Of a DNA stretch of 64,000 bases, positions 54,859 to 64,000 are shown one piece after another. Each line of letters begins with the position of its first letter. Position 1 is the stretch's first letter. This DNA is from Bryobacterales bacterium (GTDB lineage Bacteria > Acidobacteriota > Terriglobia > Bryobacterales > UBA6623): NCBI GenBank assembly GCA_965248365.1, contig CBDFJA010000004.1, positions 662,187 through 726,186 of the forward strand. The letters are read 5' to 3'. The notes below the pieces were generated by a model. The model had not been told where the DNA came from. It ran no database searches and saw only the letters and a list, made by a program, of their open reading frames with translations. The position numbers and the translations under genes were made by a program.

Positions 54859-55833
54859 TCAATATCGATAAAGCCAGCGCGCTTTTTCGACCACCTTCTC
54901 CGCATTCGGCAGGAAGGCTTTTTCCAAGGGCGGGCTATAGGGCACGGGCGTATCGGGAGGGGCGATGCGAACGAGGGGTCCGTCGAGATGCTCGAAAGCG
55001 TGCTCGCTGATCAGGCCGGCCAGCTCGCCGCCCAGCCCGCCGGTTAGCGTATCCTCGTGCAGCAGAATCACTTTGCCGGTTTTCTTCGCTGTTGCCAGCA
55101 CGGCCTCGCGATCGAGCGGCATGAGTGTTCTGAGGTCGACGATTTCGCTGTCGATGTCTTCTTGGGCGAGTGTTTCGGCCGCCTCGAGCGCTACGTGAAC
55201 CATCGCACCGTAGGTGATCACGCTCAAATCCCGGCCCGATCGGCGGACGGCCGCTTTGCCGAGCGGGACGGTGTAGTCGTCGACGGGGACATCTCCTTTG
55301 ATACGGCGATAGAGGTGCTTGTGCTCTAGAAAGATGACCGGGTCGTTGTCGCGGATGGCCGCCTTCAGTAATCCCTTGGCGTCGTAGGCCGTGGAGGGTT
55401 CAACAACCTTCAGGCCGGGCGTGTGCACATAAGGCATTTCCGGATTTTGGGAGTGAAAAGGACCGCCGCTAAAGCCGCCTCCCGTCGGGGCGCGGACCAC
55501 GAGAGGAACGTTCCCTCCCCAGCGAAAGCGGCACTTGGCGGCGAAGTTCGTGATTTGGTCGAACGCGCAGGCCATGAAATCGGAGAACTGCATTTCGACG
55601 ACCGGCCGCAGGCCGTTGATGGCCGCCCCTGTTCCGGCCCCCACGATGGCCGCCTCCGACAGCGGCGTGTCGATCACTCGCCGCTCGCCGAAGCGCTCCA
55701 GAAAACCCTTGGTTACCTTGAAGGCGCCGCCGTAGGCGGCAATGTCCTCGCCCATCACGAAAACGGACTCGTCACGCTCCATCTCTTCCCAAAGGCCCTG
55801 GCGAATCGCTTCGACGTAGGTCATCTCGGCCAT
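54859..55833 (-). CDS. 2-oxoacid (pyruvate/branched-chain) dehydrogenase E1 component, beta subunit
   Basis: MAEMTYVEAIRQGLWEEMERDESVFVMGEDIAAYGGAFKVTKGF and IDTPLSEAAIVG motifs. Adjacent to the alpha subunit. Confidence 0.85.
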   Translation of the reverse strand: MAEMTYVEAIRQGLWEEMERDESVFVMGEDIAAYGGAFKVTKGFLERFGERRVIDTPLSEAAIVGAGTGAAINGLRPVVEMQFSDFMACAFDQITNFAAKCRFRWGGNVPLVVRAPTGGGFSGGPFHSQNPEMPYVHTPGLKVVEPSTAYDAKGLLKAAIRDNDPVIFLEHKHLYRRIKGDVPVDDYTVPLGKAAVRRSGRDLSVITYGAMVHVALEAAETLAQEDIDSEIVDLRTLMPLDREAVLATAKKTGKVILLHEDTLTGGLGGELAGLISEHAFEHLDGPLVRIAPPDTPVPYSPPLEKAFLPNAEKVVEKARWLYRY

Positions 55834-55880
55834 AGTTTTCCTTGGGCGTTGCCGACCGGTCCCGACGCCGAACCGGCCTG

Positions 55881-56879
55881 CTAGATCTTCTCGTAGACGT
55901 TCTGTTCCAGGGTGGCGGGATCGGGGTAGAGCTGCTTGAGCCCCCACTCGACAGCGTCGTCAATCTCGGCCAAAACTCGCGTTCTGATTTGCTTGAAATC
56001 CTGCTCGCTCGACCAGCCTCTTTCCACCATCGATTTCTGGAGTTTGAGGATGGGGTCCCGCCTGGACCATTTTTCACGCAGTTCGTGGGGGACGTAATCG
56101 GCGGAGTCGTGCGCGGAGTGTCCGCCGACACGGAAAGTCTTGCACTCGATCAGGTACGGGCCGTGGCCCTCTCGGGCATACGCGGCTGCTCGCTTGGCGG
56201 CTTCGTAAACGGCGATCACATCGTTTCCGTCCACGATCTCGGCCGGCATGTTGTAACCGGCGGCGCGGTCGGCCACGTTCTCGATGGCCATCTGTAGCTC
56301 GAGCGGGGTCGAGTAAGCGTAGAGGTTGTTGTTGCACAAGTAGACGATGGGGAGCTTTTGGACGGACGCGAAGTTGACGCCCTCGTGCCAATCTCCTCGG
56401 CTCGTGGCGCCGTCGCCCCAGTAGTTGAACACGACATGCGGCTCACGACGGTACTTGATCGACAGGGCGATGCCGCCGGCGACGGGCACGTTCGACGCAA
56501 TGCTGCTGATGATCGGAAGGATCTTGCGCCGCTGACAGCCGATGTGCATATTGGCATCCCGTCCGTTGGTGGGGCTGCCCACTCGGCCGAGATATTGGGC
56601 CAGCATCTCCCGCGGCGTTATACCGCGGATCAGGAACGCTGCCAGGTCGCGGTGAGAGGGGCAGAAGTAGTCGTCCGGCTCGGCGGCCAGGGCGCTTCCG
56701 GCGGGTATGGCCTCCTGTCCCCGGCCGGTATAACAGCCGCCCGCGATCTTGCCTTGGCGATAAAGCTTGAGCTCGACGCGGTCTTCGAGTTCCCGCATCA
56801 GTTCCATGTAATAGAGGAATTCCCCGCACAACTCCGGCGTGACGTCCGCGCGGGCCGAGACCGTTGCCGTAGCACTCAT
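55881..56879 (-). CDS. 2-oxoacid dehydrogenase E1 component, alpha subunit (TPP-dependent)
   Basis: 332 aa. YRQGKI.G..YTGRGQEA, the GDGATSRGDWHEGVNFA TPP motif, and VYLCNNNLYA. Confidence 0.85.
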   Translation of the reverse strand: MSATATVSARADVTPELCGEFLYYMELMRELEDRVELKLYRQGKIAGGCYTGRGQEAIPAGSALAAEPDDYFCPSHRDLAAFLIRGITPREMLAQYLGRVGSPTNGRDANMHIGCQRRKILPIISSIASNVPVAGGIALSIKYRREPHVVFNYWGDGATSRGDWHEGVNFASVQKLPIVYLCNNNLYAYSTPLELQMAIENVADRAAGYNMPAEIVDGNDVIAVYEAAKRAAAYAREGHGPYLIECKTFRVGGHSAHDSADYVPHELREKWSRRDPILKLQKSMVERGWSSEQDFKQIRTRVLAEIDDAVEWGLKQLYPDPATLEQNVYEKI

Positions 56880-57034
56880 CGCACCTACGAAAGATAGCGG
56901 AACTGAAACACATTTTCAACCACCACCGGGAGGTTGTGCGAGGGACATATGTCCTAGTAGTAGGACCATAGTTTTCGGAGTGCCGATTGTGCCCGGTCCG
57001 GTCACCGCGGCCCACTTCCACTACGGCCCGCCAA

Positions 57035-59851
57035 CTAACCCGCCCCGTCAAGAACCTTCGCCAGGTACCGCCCGGTGTGCGACTCGGGGCAGGCCGCTAC
57101 CTGCTCGGGGGTTCCCTCGACGACGATCCGTCCTCCGCCTTCGCCCCCCTCCGGACCTAGATCGATGATCCAATCGGCGCACTTGATGACATCGAGGTTG
57201 TGCTCGATGATCAGAACAGATCCTCCCTTCGCCAGCAGCTTCTGAAAAGCGCTCAGCAGCTTGGCAATATCGTCGAAATGGAGCCCCGTGGTCGGCTCGT
57301 CAAACATGTAGAGGGTGTTTTCGCACTTCGCCTGGGCGATGTGGCCGGCCAGCTTGACTCGCTGCGCTTCGCCCCCGGAGAGCGTCGTGGCCGATTGGCC
57401 GAGCCTCAGGTAACCCAGCCCGACCTCGGCGAGACTCGACAGCTTGTTGATGATCTTGGGAGTGCGAATGAAGAATTTCAGGGCCTCGCTGACCGTCATT
57501 TCGAGCACTTCCCGAATGTTCTTACCTTGGTAGCGAGCGTTTAAGATGTCGCTCTTGTAGCGCGCCCCGTTGCAGTCCTCGCAAACCAGCTCGACGTCGG
57601 CCAGAAACTGCATCTCGACGGTTACTCGACCGTCACCCTGGCAAGTTTCGCAGCGCCCCCCGGGGATGTTGAACGAAAAGTTGCCCGGCGTAAAACCCAT
57701 ACGGTCGGCGTGGGGCGTGGACGCGAAAAGTTCGCGAACCCCGTCGAAAGCCTTCACGTAGGTCACCGGGTTCGAGCGGGGAGAGCGCCCGATGGGCGAC
57801 TGATCGACGAGAATGACCTCGTCGATCAGGGAAGCGCCTAAGATTCGCCGGGAAGGTAAGGGCAAGGCCTTCTCGTCAGCCGTATCGTGGCCGTTGCGTC
57901 GCTTGGCCGCCCGCAGGCCCTCGTAGATGACGTCGTGAACCAACGTCGACTTGCCGGACCCGGAAACTCCGGTGACGACCGTGGTCACGTCCAGTGGAAT
58001 CGTGACGTCGATGCCTTTTAGATTGTGCTTGATCGCTCCGCTGAACTTGACCCGCCGCCGCTTCTTTGCCTTGCGCCGCTTTTTGGGCAGCGAAATCGAG
58101 AAGTCCCCGCTCAGGTAGTAGCCGGTGAGCGATCGGCCGCCGTTCGAGAGGATCTTCGGGAAATCGCCCGCGAACACAACTTTGCCTCCCCGCTCTCCGG
58201 GCCCGGGACCGAGATCCACGATGTGATCGGCGGCCTGCATGATCTCCCGATCGTGCTCCACCACCAAGATGGTGTTTCCCAGGTCGCGCAAATGTTCGAG
58301 AATGCGAATCAGGCGCCGAGTGTCCCGGCTGTGGAGTCCGATCGATGGCTCGTCGAGCACGTAGCAGGCTCCGACCAGCCGCGACCCCAGCGACGTCGCA
58401 AGCTGAATACGCTGCGCTTCCCCGCCCGACAGCGTGGAGGCCAATCGATCGAGGGTCAAATACTCCAATCCGACGTCGTTGAGGTAGGCCAGCCGGTGGC
58501 GAATGTCCTCCAGAAGCTGTCCCGCGATTTGGGCCTCCTGTCCGGTTAGCCGCAGTTTTGCGAAGAATTTCTTGGCCCCCTCGAGACTCATCAAAACGAT
58601 ATCCCGGACCGTTTTGCCGCCTACCTTGACATGGAGTGCTTCGGCCCGCAGGCGTCCGCCCCGACACGACGGGCAGAGGGCGTAGCCGCGATACCGGCTG
58701 AGAAAAATCCGCACGTGCATCTTGTATTTTTTTCTTTCCAGGTAGTTGAAAAAACCTCGCACGCCGGGAAAGCCGCCGCTTCCGTTCACAACGAAATCCG
58801 TCTCTTCGGGAGTTAGCTGATAGTAGGGGGCGTCGACCCGCACGCCCGCGTCTTTGGCGGCGTGAAGCAGCTTCTGCTGATACCTCCGGTAGCGGGGCTT
58901 CGTCCATGGGTCGACGGCGCCTTCGTCGAGAGATTTGAACTTGTCGGGCACAACCAGATCCATGTCGAAATCGATCGTGTTCCCGAACCCGTGGCAAGTG
59001 GGACAGGCGCCGAACGGACTGTTGAAGCTAAACAAGCGGGGTTCGGGTTCGAGATACTCCAGGTTGCACTGGCGGCACTCAAACCTTTCGCTGAACCAAA
59101 GACGCTCGCCCGCGTGCTCTGCGGCCGGCTCGAAAGCCGCCTCGCGCGACTCGCGAAAACACGTTTCCACCGCGTCGACCACCCGCTGGTGAAGATGGCG
59201 GGCGATCACGAGCCGATCAACCAGCGCATAGAGCGGCTTGCCGAAGTCGATTTCCAACAGCGACTCAGGCGTTGAGAATTCAAACAGCCGCCCGCTCTGG
59301 TAGAGGCGATTGAACCCCTTGCCCCTCAGCTCGGCAAGGCGCGTTTTCAACCGCGGGGTTAATCCGTCAGGGGATCCGCGCTCAACGGGGAACAATACGT
59401 GCCGCCGCGATCCTTCCGGGAGAGCGAGGACGCGGGAGGCAACGTCGTCAACCGTGTCCTTTCGCACTCGGCTGCCGCAGTTGGCGCAGAACGTCCGCCC
59501 GACTCGCGCGTAGAGCAGCCGCAGGAAATCGTAGATCTCGGTCGCCGTGGCGACGGTCGAGCGGGGACTTCGGGTGGTGTTCTTCTGGCGAATCGCCACG
59601 GCCGGCGCGATGCCCCTGATCTCGTCGACATCGGGTTTTTCCATGCGCTCAAGGAACTGCCGCGCGTAGGCCGACAGTGACTCCACGTAGCGGCGCTGGC
59701 CCTCGGCGTAAATCGTGTCGAAGACGAGCGAGGATTTCCCCGAACCCGAAACCCCGGTTACGACGATCAGCTTGTTGTGGGGGAGCCGCAGGTCAATGTT
59801 CTTGAGATTGTGGACGCGGGCCCCACGGATCTCAAGATAGTCCTGCGACAA
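57035..59851 (-). CDS. uvrA: Excinuclease ABC subunit A
   Basis: 938 aa. [15 protein letters not shown], two ABC ATPase modules ([10 protein letters not shown] / [10 protein letters not shown]) and zinc-finger CxxC pairs. Confidence 0.95.
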   Translation of the reverse strand: MSQDYLEIRGARVHNLKNIDLRLPHNKLIVVTGVSGSGKSSLVFDTIYAEGQRRYVESLSAYARQFLERMEKPDVDEIRGIAPAVAIRQKNTTRSPRSTVATATEIYDFLRLLYARVGRTFCANCGSRVRKDTVDDVASRVLALPEGSRRHVLFPVERGSPDGLTPRLKTRLAELRGKGFNRLYQSGRLFEFSTPESLLEIDFGKPLYALVDRLVIARHLHQRVVDAVETCFRESREAAFEPAAEHAGERLWFSERFECRQCNLEYLEPEPRLFSFNSPFGACPTCHGFGNTIDFDMDLVVPDKFKSLDEGAVDPWTKPRYRRYQQKLLHAAKDAGVRVDAPYYQLTPEETDFVVNGSGGFPGVRGFFNYLERKKYKMHVRIFLSRYRGYALCPSCRGGRLRAEALHVKVGGKTVRDIVLMSLEGAKKFFAKLRLTGQEAQIAGQLLEDIRHRLAYLNDVGLEYLTLDRLASTLSGGEAQRIQLATSLGSRLVGACYVLDEPSIGLHSRDTRRLIRILEHLRDLGNTILVVEHDREIMQAADHIVDLGPGPGERGGKVVFAGDFPKILSNGGRSLTGYYLSGDFSISLPKKRRKAKKRRRVKFSGAIKHNLKGIDVTIPLDVTTVVTGVSGSGKSTLVHDVIYEGLRAAKRRNGHDTADEKALPLPSRRILGASLIDEVILVDQSPIGRSPRSNPVTYVKAFDGVRELFASTPHADRMGFTPGNFSFNIPGGRCETCQGDGRVTVEMQFLADVELVCEDCNGARYKSDILNARYQGKNIREVLEMTVSEALKFFIRTPKIINKLSSLAEVGLGYLRLGQSATTLSGGEAQRVKLAGHIAQAKCENTLYMFDEPTTGLHFDDIAKLLSAFQKLLAKGGSVLIIEHNLDVIKCADWIIDLGPEGGEGGGRIVVEGTPEQVAACPESHTGRYLAKVLDGAG

Positions 59852-60090
59852 GGCTGAGCTCTCAGGCTGATGGGAAAGTTGCGGCCGGCCGCGGCCCGCG
59901 CATTCATTATATCGGAGCTACCTCCCGCGACCCCAAGCTGGCGAAACAAAGCCGCGGGCTTGAGCCCGCGGTCAAGGCGCGAACGACTTCTTCCATGCTA
60001 CGACCCCTTGTGCTCACGCGGCTTCGACCGCACCCTTTCGGGAGCGGCTCCGTTTGCACCCCGTGTGAGCAAGCCACTGACCCTGGAACG

Positions 60091-60273
60091 CTAGCCGATC
60101 TCGGCGAGAGTTAACACATGAGGCGCCAGCCGGGGCCACCTGCGCACTAACTGAGCGAATCTCTTATCGGCGGTCACCAAAGGCACACCCCTATCCGCCG
60201 CCAAAGTCAGATAAAGGCAATCGTAAACCGGATGCTCCAATTCGACTGCCAGACGGAGCGACGCTAACAACAC
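60091..60273 (-). pseudogene. C-terminal remnant of a PIN-domain (VapC-like) toxin
   Basis: ...HPVYDCLYLTLAADRGVPLVTADKRFAQLV matches the last third of VapC proteins. The upstream part of the ORF is not PIN-like, and no antitoxin ORF is present. Confidence 0.4.
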
Positions 60274-60390
60274 GTTTTCGGTGGGGAAGGCTCTTTGACT
60301 CAGTGCTGACGGCCGGCGGCGCGACCGCGGGCCCGCGGGCCGTTCGCGGCGGCGAGTTTCCCCTATACTGAAATTTGGAGGACTATTCCA

Positions 60391-60720
60391 ATGGCTGAAG
60401 ACCATAGTGATACAAGCTTGGCCTGGTTCCTGGCGGGAGCCGCTCTGGGAGCCGCGGGGGCCTTGTTGCTGGCCCCACAGTCGGGAAGCGAAACAAGAGA
60501 GGTGCTACGTCGTAGGACGCTCGAAGGCCGCGAGAGGCTGAACAAGTCGGGAAGAGAAGCCTTCGAAAAAGGCCGCGAGCTTTACGACCGTGGTAAAGAG
60601 GTGGCGGAGGACGCGGCTGAGCTGTTCGAGCAGGGGCGAAAAGTGGTTAGCGAGAAGTTTTCTCCCGTAGGCTCGGGGTCGCAGGACGGCGAACCGGAAA
60701 AGCAGGAGTCAGCCACCTAA
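60391..60720 (+). CDS. YtxH-domain protein
   Basis: LAWFLAGAALGAAGALLLAPQSGSETREVLRR followed by a charged helical tail. 109 aa. Confidence 0.75.
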   Translation: MAEDHSDTSLAWFLAGAALGAAGALLLAPQSGSETREVLRRRTLEGRERLNKSGREAFEKGRELYDRGKEVAEDAAELFEQGRKVVSEKFSPVGSGSQDGEPEKQESAT

Positions 60721-60916
60721 CCTGCGTTTCTCACCAGCTGACGGTCGAAGCACGCCATAGGCCCGCCATGACTGCGTTGCGCTTGCTCACCGTGCTCAAC
60801 GTACTGTTCAAGTACACCCGCATTATTCAAGAAATGCGGCGCCGAGCGGCGCGCGCCTTGTACTGAGGGGCCTCTCACGCACTTCGTCTCGCCACGTGGT
60901 GAGAAACGCAGGCTAA
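60717..60916 (-). repeat. R1 repeat, copy j (full length, CTAA/CTAA flanks)
   Basis: CTAA|CCTGCGTTTCTCACCAGCTGACGGTCGAAGCACGCC ... GCCACGTGGTGAGAAACGCAGG|CTAA. Confidence 0.9.
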
Positions 60917-61327
60917 CTTCTTTTACGGGCCGCCAACCCTCTTTTCTCACGACGGCTGCGGTGAACAAGGCTAAAAGGCGCGGTGGCCAGGGAGCGCGGC
61001 AACAGGTTATCTACATCACCCGGCGTACACTATCTCGCCAAGCGGGCGCGATTGATCGCCGAGTTGTCCGAATTAGCCGTCTGCTAACCGAGGCGTGGTT
61101 TCTACAGGAAAAATTTGCCCCAGGAGGCTTCGGCAGGGCAGGCCCTCGAGTAGAAACCTGCTGCTGTCCGACTAATCACGGCCCCGCATCCCTGATGGCG
61201 GGGCTTTGGTCCGCTGAACGGCCAACCTGAAACTCAAATTGGGCGGGGCCCGGCCCTTCTGCCGGCGTTGACCGATAAACTCAATCGTTCCAACAAGTTT
61301 CCCGCCTGAGGGTCCGGCCGGTACCCA

Positions 61328-61520
61328 CTAGCCCGCATTTCTCGCCACCTGACGGTCGAAGTGCGCCATAGGCCCGCCATTACGTCGTTACGTTTGTCCA
61401 CCGCGCTCAACCGGTGGTGAGTCACCATGAACTTCGTCCACCCCGCAGCACGAAAATATGCCCCATAACGTAATTCATGTTACAGACACGGCCTATTTTC
61501 AAAACAGAAAAGCGGGTTAG
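61328..61520 (-). repeat. R1/R3 hybrid element (CTAG/TTAG flanks)
   Basis: The left part equals the R1 right arm in reverse (CTAG|CCCGCATTTCTCGCCACCTGACGGTCGAAGTGCGCCATAGGCCCGCC...). The right part equals the R3 core (...CCCCATAACGTAATTCATGTTACAGACACGGCCTATTTTCAAAACAGAAAAGCGGG|TTAG). Confidence 0.75.
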
Positions 61521-61536
61521 TTGCGAGAAATGCGAG

Positions 61537-61609
61537 AAGCCGGGAAGGTGTGTTTCAGGGGTCTTTTGGTTGAGGTTTGTCTCGCTTTGGTGGGGTTGCC
61601 TCCCCGGCT
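61537..61609 (+). repeat. 73-nt direct repeat, unit a (self-complementary ends)
   Basis: GAAGCCGGGAAGG...CAGGGGTCTTTTGGTTGAGGTTTGTCTCGCTTTGGTGGGGTTGCCTCCCCGGCT. Matches 61811-61886. Confidence 0.7.
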
Positions 61610-61810
61610 CAATTCAAATATACCAAATCTCATAGGAGAAGGCAATCCCTCCGTCCAGGACCCTGTGATATGAATTACACAGCGGCTCCGACCCTCACCG
61701 GGCGTCGGTCATCGTAGTTGTACCGGAACAAACGTGGCCGCCGCTGCTAAGACTTGCCCTTCTAGTGGACTAGGGGGACGAGATGCGCGGCAAAAACGGC
61801 GAAGGGAATA

Positions 61811-61886
61811 GAAGCCGGGGAGGTTTTCGCTTCAGGGGTCTTTGGTTGAGGTTAGTCTCGCTTTGGTGGGAGTTGCCCCCCCGGCC
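61811..61886 (+). repeat. 73-nt direct repeat, unit b
   Basis: GAAGCCGGGGAGG...CAGGGGTCTTTGGTTGAGGTTAGTCTCGCTTTGGTGGGAGTTGCCCCCCCGGCC. Confidence 0.7.
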
Positions 61887-61948
61887 TTCTTACATTATAC
61901 GGGAAACTCCTTGACGACGCAAGCTTCTCTACGATTCGTGGAATTCTT

Positions 61949-62854
61949 CTATTTCTTGGATTTCTTGGCCTGGATCTTGACTCCTGCCCAGTCCTCCAAC
62001 AGACTGACCACCGAGCAGAAATCCTCGTCCCCGTGGCCGCGGGCAACGCTTGCTCCGAAGAGCTGATGGACGAGCGAGGTGGCCGGCAGGGGAACCTTCA
62101 ACTCCTGACCTGAGTCGAGCATCAAGCCGACGTCCTTGTGCATCCACTTCAAGGGGAAGTTGGCGCGAAAATCGCGTCCGAAGATGTAGGGCGCCTTGAA
62201 ACTGATAAGGGTGGCTTTGGCGGCGCTGGCGTCAAGGATATCGCGCATCTGCTCGGGATCGACTCCGCCCTTTACGGCCAGGGCCATCCCTTCGACGAAG
62301 CCTTGCATGATGTTGGCGATCACCAGGTTCTGCGCGAGTTTGGCCTGCAGCCCCATTCCCTGCTTGCCGCAATAGAACAATGTCTTGCCCATGGGGTGAA
62401 AGTACTCCTCGACGCGCTTGAAGACCTTCTTCGGGCCGCCGATCATGAAGGTCAGCGTCCCCCCCGTCGCGCCGGGGGTCGAGCCGGTGCAAGGTGCATC
62501 CAGGTAATAGCCGCCCTTCGCTTCAAAGGCTTTCGCGATCTTGCGGGCGACGCTGGGGGCGATCGTGCTGGCGTCGGCGACGACGGCGTTTTTCCTGATG
62601 CCCTTGATCACGCCTTCGGTTCCGAGCAGGACGGACTCCGACATCTCGGAGTTCCCTACGCAGAGGAACGTGCATTCGGCGAACTTGCCCACTTGCCGAG
62701 GCGTTTCACAAAACAGGCCGCCTTCCGCCTTGGCGAGCCGCCGCGCCTTCGCGGATCGGTGGCTCCATAACGCCACCTGATGACCCGCCCTGAGCAGGTT
62801 GCGCGCCATCGGGTAGCCCATCAACCCAAGTCCGAGAAAGCCTAGCTTAGCCAT
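61949..62854 (-). CDS. NAD(P)-dependent oxidoreductase of the 3-hydroxyisobutyrate / tartronate-semialdehyde reductase family
   Basis: MAKLGFLGLGLMGYPMARNL Rossmann start. 301 aa, HIBADH-like throughout. Confidence 0.8.
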   Translation of the reverse strand: MAKLGFLGLGLMGYPMARNLLRAGHQVALWSHRSAKARRLAKAEGGLFCETPRQVGKFAECTFLCVGNSEMSESVLLGTEGVIKGIRKNAVVADASTIAPSVARKIAKAFEAKGGYYLDAPCTGSTPGATGGTLTFMIGGPKKVFKRVEEYFHPMGKTLFYCGKQGMGLQAKLAQNLVIANIMQGFVEGMALAVKGGVDPEQMRDILDASAAKATLISFKAPYIFGRDFRANFPLKWMHKDVGLMLDSGQELKVPLPATSLVHQLFGASVARGHGDEDFCSVVSLLEDWAGVKIQAKKSKK

Positions 62855-62916
62855 ACTGTTTCACCTCAGGTTTTCAATTGTACGCTTTGGCGGGCTTGTG
62901 AGACAATAATTCACCA

Positions 62917-63891
62917 ATGAAACCGAAGGTCCTTGTTACCAAGCGCGTTTATCCCGAGGCTATCGATTATCTCCAGCCACACACCGAGGTGGAATATCAC
63001 GACTCCGCCATCAGCTACCCGCCGGAAGAGCTGCTTGCCCGGCTCGAAGACAAGGCGGGCGCCATCAGCCAGTTGACGGATAAGTTCTCCGCCGAGGTGA
63101 TGGACCGCTGCCCGCAACTCAAGGTCATCGCCAATGTCGCCGTCGGGTTTGACAACATCGACGTCCAAGCGGCTACCGAGCGTAAGATTGCCGTCGCCAA
63201 CACTCCCGACGTGCTGACGAATACGACGGCGGACTTTGCCTTCACGCTGCTGATGGCGACCGCGCGGCGGGTCGCTGAAGCGGATCGCTTCATGCGCGCC
63301 GGCCAATGGCGGCAATGGAGCATCGACCTGCTCTGCGGGCAAGACATTCACAGGCGGACGCTCGGGATGGTCGGCATGGGACGCATCGGCCAGGCCATGG
63401 CGCGCCGTGGCCGGGGTTTCGAAATGCGGCTGCTCTACCACGACGCCATTCGCGCCCCGCAAGAGGTGGAAGCTGATCTCGGTCTGGAGTTCGTTCCACT
63501 CGAACAACTGCTTCGGGAGTCCGACTTCGTCAGCCTCCACGTGCCCTTACTTCCCGAGACCCGCAAGCTGATCAGCACCACGCAGCTTACGATGATGAAA
63601 GAGACCGCGATCCTGATCAATACCTCCCGCGGTCCCGTGGTGGACGAAGCAGCGCTTGCGGATGCGTTGACGGAAGAAATTATCGCCGGCGCGGGGCTTG
63701 ATGTCTTCGAGCGCGAACCTGAAGTGGAACCACGATTGCTGAACCTCGACAACGCCGTACTCGCTCCGCACATCGCCAGCGCCTCGATTGACACGCGCCG
63801 CAGAATGAGCGTTATGTCCGCGGAAAACGTCGTAGCCGCCCTCCAAGGGAACCGGCCGCCGAACCTGGTCAACACGGCGCTCTTCGACTAG
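62917..63891 (+). CDS. D-isomer-specific 2-hydroxyacid dehydrogenase (glyoxylate/hydroxypyruvate reductase type)
   Basis: 324 aa. GMVGMGRIGQAMARR NAD motif, NTSRGPVVDE, APHIASAS. Confidence 0.85.
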   Translation: MKPKVLVTKRVYPEAIDYLQPHTEVEYHDSAISYPPEELLARLEDKAGAISQLTDKFSAEVMDRCPQLKVIANVAVGFDNIDVQAATERKIAVANTPDVLTNTTADFAFTLLMATARRVAEADRFMRAGQWRQWSIDLLCGQDIHRRTLGMVGMGRIGQAMARRGRGFEMRLLYHDAIRAPQEVEADLGLEFVPLEQLLRESDFVSLHVPLLPETRKLISTTQLTMMKETAILINTSRGPVVDEAALADALTEEIIAGAGLDVFEREPEVEPRLLNLDNAVLAPHIASASIDTRRRMSVMSAENVVAALQGNRPPNLVNTALFD

Positions 63892-63899
63892 GCTCGGCC

Positions 63900-64000
63900 G
63901 TGTCGGAAATAAAGGACACCCTCCGTCAACTGTTCCTCTCAACGCTGGAAGGTTTGTCTCTCAATCGGGTCATGCCGGAAAAGTTGGCCTGCCGCGATGA
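63900..64000 (+). CDS. Start of an unidentified gene (possibly glycerate-kinase-like), 3' end outside the window
   Basis: Open frame from GTG 63900 (VSEIKDTLRQLFLSTLEGLSLNRVMPEKLACRD...). The functional guess rests only on context next to hydroxypyruvate-reductase-type genes. Confidence 0.2.
   Translation, partial: MSEIKDTLRQLFLSTLEGLSLNRVMPEKLACRD

Noticed and set aside
60930-61240. A further, highly degenerate R1-like copy (CCAACCCTCTTTTCTCACGACGG ... CCCTGATGGCGGGGCTTTGGTCCGCTGAACGG), and the 89-aa ORF 60961-61230.
   Set aside because: Similarity to R1 is patchy, the right terminus and the duplication cannot be identified, and the ORF has no support. Not reported as a feature.
61537-61886. 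CRISPR-like array.
   Set aside because: There are only two repeat units. They are 73-76 nt long and imperfect, with a 201-nt spacer. No cas genes or further units occur anywhere in the window.

Overview
High-GC (about 60% by eye) bacterial chromosomal segment. The gene content (a carboxypeptidase-regulatory/TonB-type outer-membrane protein, Gly/Pro-rich secreted proteins, several Tat-exported glycosidase-like enzymes) suggests an Acidobacteriota-like soil organism; that is inference only. Ordinary housekeeping blocks are recognisable: (1) rpsT-holA-lptE-pssA-psd; (2) adk-mnmA-cysteine desulfurase; (3) glyA, yggX, 2-oxoacid dehydrogenase E1 alpha/beta, uvrA; (4) a glyoxylate/glycerate reductase pair. 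They are interleaved with accessory and decaying DNA.

I found no CRISPR array, no rRNA and no intact multi-gene defence system. What stands out is mobile and repetitive DNA.
(a) R1 is a very dense family of about 185-200 bp terminal-inverted-repeat elements. They are flanked by 4-bp YTAR duplications, so they look like IS5-type MITEs, but no matching transposase is in the window. Four copies sit exactly on stop codons of flanking genes, always with the same element end toward the gene. One mini-copy appears to supply the SD-like box and ATG of lptE.
(b) Three further small structured repeat families are present: R2, R3 (which shares R1 termini) and R5.
(c) Three near-identical copies plus one 227-bp remnant of a 1329-bp IS are present, along with an apparently active IS630 element carrying an A_AAA_AAG frameshift site, a frameshifted IS4-family element, IS3 and ISNCY-like fragments, and a new 274-bp MITE with an 8-bp duplication.
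(d) Many genes are broken. A pentapeptide-repeat membrane protein is hit three times. Also broken are a two-component pair collapsed into an in-frame chimera, a large membrane/sulfatase-like gene with an in-frame amber codon, a frameshifted alpha/beta hydrolase, and remnants of a DNA methyltransferase, a PIN toxin and a TLC-type transporter.
(e) tRNA-Gln(CUG) is followed by a frameshifted, IS-truncated integrase, which looks like the stump of a lost genomic island.

All calls come from reading the sequence and the ORF track. No database search was possible, and repeat boundaries are good to about +/-5 nt.
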